Shown piece by piece: positions 53,001 through 60,953 of a stretch of 64,000 nt of DNA. A program made the position numbers and the translations under genes. The stretch comes from Phaeosaccion multiseriatum. Lineage: Eukaryota; Protista; Ochrophyta, other classes. How positions within the stretch are numbered: the first letter of the stretch is position 1; each line of letters begins with the position of its first letter. The notes beneath the pieces are model-generated. The model was not told where the DNA came from. It made no database searches and saw nothing but the letters and a program-made list of their open reading frames with translations. Location of the stretch: the NCBI GenBank assembly GCA_965112735.1, contig OZ218950.1, forward strand, positions 1,178,001-1,242,000, written 5' to 3'.

Positions 53001-56000
53001 AGATGGGGGCAGAGAAGGAAGGACAAGCCGATGAGAGGGATGATGCTTGTGTTTACCTGTCAGCAAGCCCTCTATGACTCTACTCGAGCTACAGGAGCTC
53101 GATGCTCCCCAAGGCCAGCCCCCCCATTGTCCGTTCTCCGTACGTACCAGTCCTTGGACAAGAAACCTCCCTTGTCGAACTGCTCGAAGGAACGGGAGCT
53201 GAGTAGCAGGTTCACTCCTCCCACAACCGCAGCTTCGCACATGCCGAAGCGAAGGTAGCGACAAGCCGTGTCCAAGGCAACGAGCGAGGAAGAGCAAAGC
53301 GTATCAACAGATATGCTTGGGCCTCGCAAGCCCAGTGCGTAGGACAGGCGATTTGCAGGGCAGCCTGCTGACTCGCCCATCATGGAGTGAGCTTTGGTGT
53401 CACCATCCTTGTTCAGCGCGGCCCAGTCGCCGTGCTGCATGGAGCCCACGAACACTCCGGTGTTGCTATTGCGCAGCGTGTCCATGGAGAAGCCTGCCTC
53501 GTGCAGCGCCTCGTAGCCGACCTCGAGCATGATGCGCTGAGTGGGGTCCATGGCCTCCGCCTCGGCTACGGAGATGCCAAACGTGGCGTTGTCGAACATC
53601 TCCACGCCGTCGATGAAGCCTCCGTGCCACTCCTTCGCCGCACCAGTGAGTCTTCCCGAGGGCATGGCGGCGATGCAGTCCCTTCCCTCCAGCAGCATGG
53701 ACCAGAAAGCGTCAGGGCTGTCTGCGCCTCCAGGGAAGCGGCACGCCATGCTCACTATTGCCAGCGGGGCAGAAGCGTCGCCCCCCCCTTGAGACGATGG
53801 CATCCTCCTGGGCAGGCGCAGGCTGCTCGCACTTCCCTCCATGAGCGCTGAGCCCAACCACTCCGCCAAGGCCGCCACGGTGGGGTGGGCGAAGAGGGCG
53901 GCACTACTAACGGGAATGTCCGTGAGCAGGTGCAGACGCTGCCTCAGCTCCATGAGCGCCAACGAATCCATGCCAGCCTCCATGAGAGGTTTGTCCATGT
54001 CGATGCCGACAGAGCCTGCCGTGCTGGAGAGGGCGATATCGGAGATGACGGATCGAAGCCTCTCTTGGCGTTCAGCTGGACTGACACCGCGGAGCTCTAC
54101 TGCCAAGGAGTTTTTTCCGGCCGCCGATGTCGGTGGGGCGGGCAGCAGCTTGAAGGCCTTTCTGCTCGTGAACGGGGAGGCTCTCACGTTGGTCTTCTCC
54201 GCGTGTGAGATGGCCGTCCCCTCCAGGATGACGTGGGCATTGACACCGCCAAACCCAAAGGAGTTGACAGCTGCAAAAGGAGCAGAAGTAACCACAGCGA
54301 GCAGAAGGGCATGGTGAGAACAGATTCAGCCATTATCCATCACACGATAGCTCATACCCTCTAAAGTCCTCCTTAACTTGTCTCAAGAAGACGCGAGTGA
54401 GTGAGTGGGAGTGGGTGAGTAAGTGATGAGTGAGTGAGTGAGTGAGTGAGTGAGTGAGTGAGTGAGTGAGTGAGTGGGTGAGTGAGTGAGTGAGTGAGTG
54501 AGTGAGTGAGTGAGTGAGTGAGTGAGTGAGTGAGTGAGTGAGTGAGTGAGTGAGTGAGTGAGTGAGTGGTGAGTGAGTGAGTGAGTGAGTGAGTGAGTGA
54601 GTGAGTGTTACGAGATAAGGCATCCCAGTATGCCTTCAGTATTATCCAAATAGAGTGAGTGAGTGAGTGAGTGAGTGAGTGAGTGAGTGAGTGAGTGAGT
54701 GAGTGAGTGAGTGAGTGAGTGAGTGAGTGAGTGAGTGGTGAGTGAGTGAGTGAGTGAGTGAGTGAGTGAGTGAGTGTTACGAGATAAGGCATCCCAGTAT
54801 GCCTTCAGTATTATCCAAATAGAGTGAGTGAGTGAGTGAGTGAGTGAGTGAGTGAGTGAGTGAGTGAGTGAGTGAGTGAGTGAGTGAGTGAGTGAGTGAG
54901 TGGTGAGTGAGTGAGTGAGTGAGTGAGTGAGTGTTACGAGATAAGGCATCCCAGTATGCCTTCAGTATTATCCAAATAGAGTGAGTGAGTGAGTGAGTGA
55001 GTGAGTGAGAGAGTGAGTGAGTGAGTGAGTGAGTGCGGGAGTGAGTGAGTGAGTGAGTGAGTGAGTGAGTGAGTGAGTGAGTGAGTGAGTGAGTGAGTGA
55101 GTGAGTGAGTGAGTGAGTGAGTGGCTGAATGACTGAGTGAGTGGTCGCAGGAAACGTTTTTTAATAAGGGCCCCAACGCACCTCCGATTCGGGTGGAGAT
55201 GGGGGTCATGCGTCCGGGGATGGGCAGCAGAGCGCTGTTGCCCTCCGTCTTCAGTGCAGGGTTCAGCGTGGACAGGTTGAGATTGGGAGGCGCTTGGACA
55301 TGCCTGAGCACCAGCACCGTCTTGATGAGCCCTGCAATGCCTGCCGCAGCCTCCGCGTGACCAAGGTTGGTCTTGATCGCTCCAACGACGATACGGCGGG
55401 CTGTTGCCAGGTCGTGGTCTCCGTAGGTTCCGGCGATGGAAGCCCACTCCGTGCGGTCCCCGAGGGGCGTGCCCGTGCCGTGCGCCTCGATGAAGCTCAC
55501 GTCGGACAGAGCGATGCCCGCCTCTGCTACGGAGTCCAAGACCGCGGCCTTCTGTGCCGCTTCGTTGGGAGCGGTGAGGGTCGTGCCGTGGCCCGTGTGA
55601 TTGATGCAGGAGCCTCGAATCACCGCCAATATGTTGTCTTGGGCCTCTATGGCGTCTTCGTGGCGCTTTAGCACGACAGCGCCGCAGCCCTCTGCTCGCA
55701 GCCGCAGGGCACACGCAGCAAATGGAGGTGACTGGAGGGTGAGCTAGGTGGTGGTCGAGCCGTGCTCATCAGGTTTATAGAACAAGGATAATCTCAGACC
55801 CAGCCAAAGAAACACTCTCCGCTCATCCTGCACTTCTCTCCTTCCCTTTCCTCCCCCCTTCCTCTCCCTTTCCCTTTCTCCTTATCTGTGCCCCTGCCCC
55901 TCTCCATATCTCCGTCCCGCCCTCTCCCTCTCTGTCCCGCTACCTCTCTCGCTCTCCCGATCTTTCTCTCCATCTCCCCTTCTCTCCCTCCCTGTCTCAT

Positions 56001-57894
56001 TTCCTCTCCCTCTCCATCTCCCGCTCCTGCTCCCTCTTCCCCTCTGTCCCTCTCCCCGCCTCTCCCTCTCCCTCTCTCCGCCCTCCTTGCGGAGCTGGAA
56101 AGGGCCATCATCATAATCAGAAGCGCTGCGGTAAGCTCCTCCACATGTCAATCTCATTCTCGTCCATCTAGTCTTCTTTACAGTCTCGCAGGCGCCGCTC
56201 GTGCTCACCTGCCCGCACGTAGCCGTTGGCAGCGGCATCAAAGACCATGCACTTGTCTGACAGCAAGTGCAGCGATGACATGGCGGAGAAGGGCTCGGGG
56301 TTGGTCATGATGGACACTCCTCCCGCCAGGGCCATGTCGCAGTCGCGGCTTTGGAGGCCTCGGCAGGCCTGGTGCACGGCCACGAGAGAGGAGGAAGAGG
56401 CCGTGTTGATGGTCTGCGAAGGTCCAGTCAGACCGAGGGCGAAGGAGACCCGATTGGCCACGAGAGCCTCTGAAGCGCCCGTAGCAACGTACGGTCCAGG
56501 AGCGTGAGACTGCATTTTGGACATCCAGTCTCCGTTGCCGCACCCGATGAACACTCCTGGACGTTCGAGAACAGGACTTTGTGGTGAGGTATGGCTGTGG
56601 TGAGGTCAGTGACCATCAGAGCATCAGAGCAGTTTCTCCCTCTTCGCCTGATTCTGCTCGCTATTTGCTTCAGTCATCACTACTGAAAGGGGTACATTGA
56701 CCCACCTGTTTTGCTCTCAAGAAGAGCTTCCTTGTCAAGCCCTGCGTCGCGAAAGGTCTCGTAGGCCACCTCCAACATGACTGCGTGTGTTAAGGAGAAC
56801 AGCAAAGCAGGTGAGACCCCTTGTTGGTTATACTGAAGACGAAACAAGTCCGAGCGAGTCACCATTGTGACGCTTTGCGTACCTCGCTGCTGAGGGTCCA
56901 TTGCGGACGCCTCCCGGTCAGAGATGTTGAAGAAGGCGTTATCGAACAGCTCTACGTCGGGGAGGAAGCCCCCCCGCGTGGGGTAGCCGCTGTCCAAGGC
57001 CGCAGGCTCCCATCTGTGAGAGAGAAGTGCGCGAAAGCGGGAGGAGTGTTTTGGGAGGCGCCAGCCAGGCAGCAAGGGCAGTGAAGCAGGGAGGGGGCGC
57101 GGTGAAAGGAGAGAAAGATAAGTGTGAGAGCCATGAGCTCTCCTCGACCGTGTGTACAGTGATTCTTCAGCCCTCATCCCGTCCACTACCATCCCAACCA
57201 CTCCAGCAAGATCTGCTGCGGTGGCAGGAGGGGCGCGGGGCGGGCGGGGGCAAAATGCTAAGCAAGAAGCGCCGTGATGCACGCTGCCCATCATCTCCAA
57301 GGTTCCGTCGCCCAGACCCAACCACCGCCCACTCACGCACCTATCTGTGGGCATGTCTGTGATGCCGCTGCCCTCCCTGCAGAGCAGGTCCCACAGCTCA
57401 GGAACGGAGTTGGCACCTCCAGGGAAGCGGCAGGCCATTCCAACAATGGCAATGTCGCCACGACGATGGCCGCCTTTCTGGCTTCTCGTTGGTCCGCTGC
57501 CCATGTTTGGGTGCGTGGGGGAGAGAGGCGCCCTTCCAACCTCCTCCTCTTTGCCCTTGCCATCGTACCAAAAGTCAAAGGGCTTCTTGTCGCCGAGGTC
57601 AGCAACAACCTCCAATTGAGCCCTCCTCCTCGTTTGAGAGGCCGAGACTCCTTCGTCGATTCCGCCTCGTTGTTCCTCCTTTTCGTCGCCTGCCGGAGAG
57701 TCTCGCTCCCACAAGACTTGCGTCACCCCCCCCATTGGAACGTTACGACGGCCTTCCTCGCCCCTGGAACCTTCATTTCCCTTAGGCCTACCCGAGAGGA
57801 GGAAGGGCTTCTTCTGGTCATCCCCTCTGCCTGCTGTCTCGCCGGACGTCACTCCTCCCAGGGCATCGTCCCCTCCTCGTCCACCATGATCCAT
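1..57894 (-). CDS. Giant multi-exon modular type I PKS-NRPS hybrid megasynthase (>=17,630 aa, 3' end outside window): loading module, 9 PKS modules, 2 NRPS modules and a Pls-type membrane C-terminal domain
   Basis: Consecutive minus-strand ORFs join in frame via GT-AG introns, restoring conserved motifs (GFLSxD[G/W]|RCKTFD, YRT|GDL, GDAIELG|ALK, RA|EGCG). Exons high->low: 57894-57341, 57013-56883, 56780-56706, 56556-56209, 55691-55182, 54270-53148, 52980-52203, 52046-46768, 46647-41604, 41426-36381, 36203-30132, 29971-25688, 25532-20418, 20257-13942, 13742-13188, 13083-12801, 12655-12169, 12031-11736, 11246-9788, 9421-3115, 2917-2372, 2287-1. The start codon is inferred (first ATG after an in-frame TGA). 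Contains one in-frame TAG and one 2-bp frameshift. Confidence 0.88.
2230..5767 (-). CDS. NRPS module 2: C-A-PCP
   Basis: HHCIFDG; full A-domain core motifs; [11 protein letters not shown], completed across intron 2371-2288 (GFE|[12 protein letters not shown]). Confidence 0.93.
2595..8776. repeat. Direct repeat copy B (AT-KR-ACP-C-A), partner 13420-19606, offset about 10,830 bp
   Basis: Identical peptides at offset 10830 (4214/15044, 5052/15882, 7646/18476); the A-domain intron is also duplicated. Confidence 0.95.
5840..10425 (-). CDS. PKS module 9: KS-AT(malonyl)-KR(non-LDD)-ACP
   Basis: DTACSSS, HGTGT, GHLEG; AT-KR-ACP nearly identical to module 7. Confidence 0.92.
9596..9765. repeat. (CCCT)n microsatellite in intron 9422-9787
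   Basis: Direct inspection. Confidence 0.95.
10495..12942 (-). CDS. PKS module 8: divergent minimal KS-ACP (no AT, no reductive domains)
   Basis: [30 protein letters not shown]; [13 protein letters not shown]; 3 introns. Confidence 0.88.
11264..11600. repeat. (CGTG)n followed by degenerate (GGGA)n microsatellite in intron 11247-11735
   Basis: Direct inspection. Confidence 0.93.
13030..16597 (-). CDS. NRPS module 1: C-A-PCP
   Basis: C domain HHCIFDG; A domain [43 protein letters not shown]|[19 protein letters not shown]; [11 protein letters not shown]. Confidence 0.93.
13420..19606. repeat. Direct repeat copy A (AT-KR-ACP-C-A), partner 2595-8776
   Basis: Near-identical nucleotide sequence to 2595-8776. 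Confidence 0.95.
16670..21040 (-). CDS. PKS module 7: KS-AT(malonyl)-KR(non-LDD)-ACP
   Basis: DTACSSS, GHSLG, HAFHS; [12 protein letters not shown] with catalytic YAGAN; ACP GLDS. Confidence 0.92.
21110..26316 (-). CDS. PKS module 6: AT-less KS-DH-ER-KR(B)-ACP
   Basis: QTACSSS; ORF 20414..25837: no AT motifs; [26 protein letters not shown]. Confidence 0.92.
26390..30754 (-). CDS. PKS module 5: KS-AT(malonyl)-KR(B-type)-ACP
   Basis: ORF 25684..29979: AT followed directly by the KR structural subdomain; [13 protein letters not shown]; no DH or ER motifs. Confidence 0.92.
30820..37012 (-). CDS. PKS module 4: KS-AT(malonyl)-DH-ER-KR(B)-ACP
   Basis: ORF 30128..36166: [42 protein letters not shown]. 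Confidence 0.92.
35575..46663. repeat. Near-perfect tandem duplication, period 5,223 bp (about 2.1 units), including an intron
   Basis: ORF-track entries recur at +5223 (36166/41389) and +5221 (46610, after the 2-bp deletion); introns 36204-36380 and 41427-41603 read identically. Confidence 0.95.
37077..42235 (-). CDS. PKS module 3: AT-less KS-DH-ER-KR(B)-ACP (tandem copy of module 2)
   Basis: Same motifs as module 2; intact frame (ORF 36272..41389). Confidence 0.9.
42300..47397 (-). CDS. PKS module 2: AT-less KS-DH-ER-KR(B)-ACP
   Basis: DTACSSS; KS runs via a short linker into DH with no GQGSQ/GHSLG; [10 protein letters not shown]; KR VLDD; frameshift at 45808-45813. Confidence 0.9.
47460..53775 (-). 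CDS. PKS module 1: KS-AT(malonyl)-DH-ER(variant)-KR(B-type)-ACP
   Basis: DTLCSSS, HGTGT, GHLEG; AT GQGSQ, GHSLG, HAFHS; [12 protein letters not shown] and HPAVLD; [10 protein letters not shown]; KR GGLGALG, VLDD, YAAAN; ACP GLDS. In-frame TAG between AT and DH. Confidence 0.9.
53850..57459 (-). CDS. Loading module: KS with active-site Cys->Ser (KS-S) plus ACP, no AT
   Basis: [15 protein letters not shown] start; active-site motif reads [10 protein letters not shown] (TCT at 56398-56396); EAHGTGT and [10 protein letters not shown] histidines intact; [13 protein letters not shown]. Split by 5 introns. Confidence 0.9.
54394..55143. repeat. (GAGT)n microsatellite array interrupted by three identical 45-bp units, within intron 54271-55181
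   Basis: Unit ttacgagataaggcatcccagtatgccttcagtattatccaaata at 54608-54652, 54777-54821 and 54934-54978. Confidence 0.95.
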
Positions 57895-58375
57895 CCTCAC
57901 TTTTCGTTCCCTTCAGCACCACTAGAGGGCAAGAAACACATGGGGAGAGTTGAGTGCGGATTTCTACCCAAAAAAAAAAAAATCTTGAAATTTCACCGCA
58001 TCAAGAAGGCGCGGCCCGGCCCGGAAGGCGAGGAACTTTAAAAAGGGGTAGATGATACTCTACAATGATGAGAAAGTCACTAAGACAGTGGTATATCGAT
58101 GCAGGAGGAGGAGGGAACAGGCGTACCGGTGGACGAAGGAGAGGCCAAACAATCAGACGAAGGAGATACAGGGCAAGAGGAGAACGACGACGTGGCACTA
58201 GTCTCGGGTGCCAAGTCTCGAGCGGGCAGAGCGCTGAAGCGCCCAAGGATCAATTGGACATAAACCCCCCCTGCCACGCTACGTGCCTAGCTACGTGCTC
58301 TACGAAGCGTGCGCACGAGTCGGCCCTGGACATGATTATCTGATTATTGATTGTGGCCGGCGCCAGCCAGCCTGA

Positions 58376-60746
58376 TTATTGATTATGGCCGGCGCCAGCG
58401 GACCTGATAATTGTTTTGGGGCTCACTTTTTTCCCCTTCAGCTTTGGATCATTCAGCTCTGCAGAGAAGATGGTAAGTCGGACGTTGCCGTACAGCACAT
58501 TCTCGAACTCGAGGGACTTGAACACCTTGAAAGAGTCATCCAGCTGAACATCGGCAAAGCACACGGCAATGGAGGGCGGGGAAGAGTGGAAAATGGGGTG
58601 AGGGCATGCAAGAGTGAAGGCCTCAGGAAAGGGACACACCAGCAGGCAGCATCCTCTGACTCTGGCTACGAGAATGATGAGCCCTCCTTGTTCCTCACCT
58701 GCAGCATGCGCCCCCAGATCATCTGTAGCCTGTAGAGCAGCTGCCGCTCCTTTCCGCGCACACACTTTAGAAGTAAAAAACCTGCACAATGCTCCAAAGC
58801 CTGGGACATAGATGCCCAGACTATCAGCAGTTATCGACTGTTGCTGCGGTTGCTGCGGTTGCTGCTACTGCTGCTACTGCTGCTGCTGCTGCTCCTGCTG
58901 CTGTGCTGCTGCCCCGTACTGCTGCTGCTCCTGCTGCTGTTGCTGCTGCCGACGCCTGCTGCTGCTGCCCCCCGCTGGTGCTGCCCCTGCCCCGTGCTGC
59001 TGCTGCGGCGTACCCAACCATCGAGTGTGCTCGACGCTGCCCCGCTTCCCTGCGACACGCCCTTGCTTTTGTTTCTGCTTCGGCCCCTTAGCCTCACCAC
59101 GCCGCTTGAGTCGACCCCCTGTAGGCCCTAGAACTGTAGCTGGCTGTTTTTGGCTCAGGGAATGCGACTTCATTTCCTTCATCATTTTCTCCGCGTCACC
59201 GATGCTGCCAGTTGATGCACCGTTCCGCACGAGAAGCAGGGCCGCTGAGGTTACAAGGGCCGTATTGCCTGGTCCTACCTCAACGGGCAGCTCTGCAGTC
59301 ACCCACTGGAAGCACACGTTCTCCTTGTACACTGTGGTCACGCGCGGGTCGTAGGAGTAGAAGGAGCTCGAGTACTCGTTTACGGCTTTCTTCTGAGCGG
59401 CAAGATGGACGGGGATGGGGACAAGGAAGGAGGGCGAAGTGAGGAAGGAGAAGGGAAGAAAAGAGGCGAGGCGTGTTCATCCAGAACCCTAGAGAGTAGC
59501 GCAAATGAGACACAACCGAAGCACACGAACCTGCTCTTGTGATGTTTCCTTCTTTCTCTCCGCCTCGTTGTACTCCGCTTTCATCCGTTTCTTCTCGTCC
59601 AATCGCTCTGTACACCGATGCCTTGCCCCCACCATAAAAAAGTCGTCCTCGAGGCTGTGGTATACACAGCCCGCTGCGGTGACGTCCACCCATAAGCTTG
59701 CACACACTCTGACGATGCATGCGCAAAGAGGCCCCAGACAAAGACGTCACGTTGGGCGTGCCCTCCCACTTCAGACTGGCGGCTTGGCGTCGAGGCCCTG
59801 TAGTAGGGAGTTTGCCAAGTAGGCAACCCTTCCTTTGGAACCTTTGCCGCCTCGAGTGCTACTTTGATGAACCATCTGCGCCGGTGGTCTATTGTTCCTC
59901 CAAAACCCTCCCCCACCACCACCCCCCCCCTCCTCGCCCGTGTTTCCATCCTCCTCGTCCTCATCCTCGTCCCTTCACCCCTGTCAGCACCAAAAAGACG
60001 TCCCATGGGAGCGAGAACAACAGGGAGAAGAAGTGTGATCAGGTAAGTACAGAAAGGGCGGCCCGAGAGTGGGCGGGATGGGGGTGGGGGGGGTGCGGGG
60101 GGTGGGCAAGAGCAGGCATCAAGAAGGAAGAGACGATACTCGAGAACGTACCGCTTAGACGTGCGACCAAGGGGCAGCGAGTAAAACCCTACGAAGTGGT
60201 CACCACTTGCACCATCTACCCTGTCTGCGCTCGAAGACATGTCACCACCCCCTTCTTTCTCTCCTCCATCTCCTTCTTTCGCTTCTCTTCCTGCTCCGCT
60301 GGGAGCAGCAAACCCTCATCAATTCCTTTCATTGCTGCACCAATCAACCGCAGCTTCTCCATTTCTTCCTGCGTGTGCCGGCCTCGTCCTCCTCAATCCT
60401 TGTAACCAGCTTCTATACCCGCCTTCTGGTTGCTCAAGTCCTGCTTAGCTGCCTGCAATTGTTTCCACTTCTCCTCCTGTGCCCTGGCGATCGTCACAAG
60501 CTCAGTCTCCAATGCTGCTTGAGTGCCAGGTTTCGAAGCGGCTGCTGGTTGTACCGCCGCAGCGGCTTCATCTGCCAGAGCATATCCGTTGGCTCAAATC
60601 ATGTCATCGGGCTCCTGCGGCCTTTCCACTAATTCTCTCAGAGCCCTGCGCGCCAGAAATATCTTCAGGACTGTCACACAGGTGATGCTGTTCCATCCTT
60701 ATGTACTGCCCCGCCACAGCTTCTTCATCCTTCTCCATTTTTTGAG
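58376..60746 (-). pseudogene. Degenerate multi-exon gene of unknown function (coiled-coil-like and polyQ/CAG segments)
   Basis: Protein-like frame (AQEEKWKQLQAAKQDLSNQK...EQEEKRKKEMEERKK) interrupted by same-frame stops at 60699-60701, 60594-60596 and 60393-60395; further exon-like ORFs at 59489-59707, 58874-59341 and 58376-58789 with splice-like borders. Confidence 0.4.
58842..59005. repeat. Degenerate (CTG/CAG)n trinucleotide repeat
   Basis: Direct inspection. Confidence 0.85.
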
Positions 60747-60953
60747 ATGCGCCTCTGATGGCCAGATAGATGGTCAGCAATCAAAATCAAGAAATCAAGA
60801 CACAGGAGGTTTCCGCGCCAAGAGGGCTCATCAAGATACTCAAATCCTCCCCCGTTCCTGTCTCCCGTTCTCCTCCCTCTGCTGCTTGCTGCTGTTGGTG
60901 CTGCTGCTAACAGAAAGGGCCTTCAGCTTGCTCTACCGATCGATATTGTTACC

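Noticed and set aside
54608-54978. CRISPR-like array (palindromic repeat x3)
   Set aside because: The spacers are GAGT microsatellite rather than unique sequence, there are no cas genes, and it lies in a spliceosomal intron.
1-57894. Calling the whole megasynthase a pseudogene
   Set aside because: Only one stop and one homopolymer indel occur in about 53 kb, and catalytic motifs and splice sites are otherwise intact; sequencing error or a very recent lesion is more likely, though not proven.
3022-57900. Treating each large minus-strand ORF as a separate gene in a bacterial-style operon
   Set aside because: ORF ends fall mid-domain at GT donors, and their termini (e.g. VSGKGCPW..., YVRLCVECF...) are intron read-through; splicing restores conserved motifs in phase.
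48-58041. Hundreds of plus-strand and alternate-frame ORFs of 60-290 aa
   Set aside because: They are antisense or off-frame shadows of the GC-rich PKS-NRPS coding sequence, have no recognisable domains and recur with the module repeats.
58278-58305. Tandem GCTACGTGC (ACGT-core) motifs upstream of the PKS as promoter elements
   Set aside because: Short motifs with an unknown TSS cannot be distinguished from chance.
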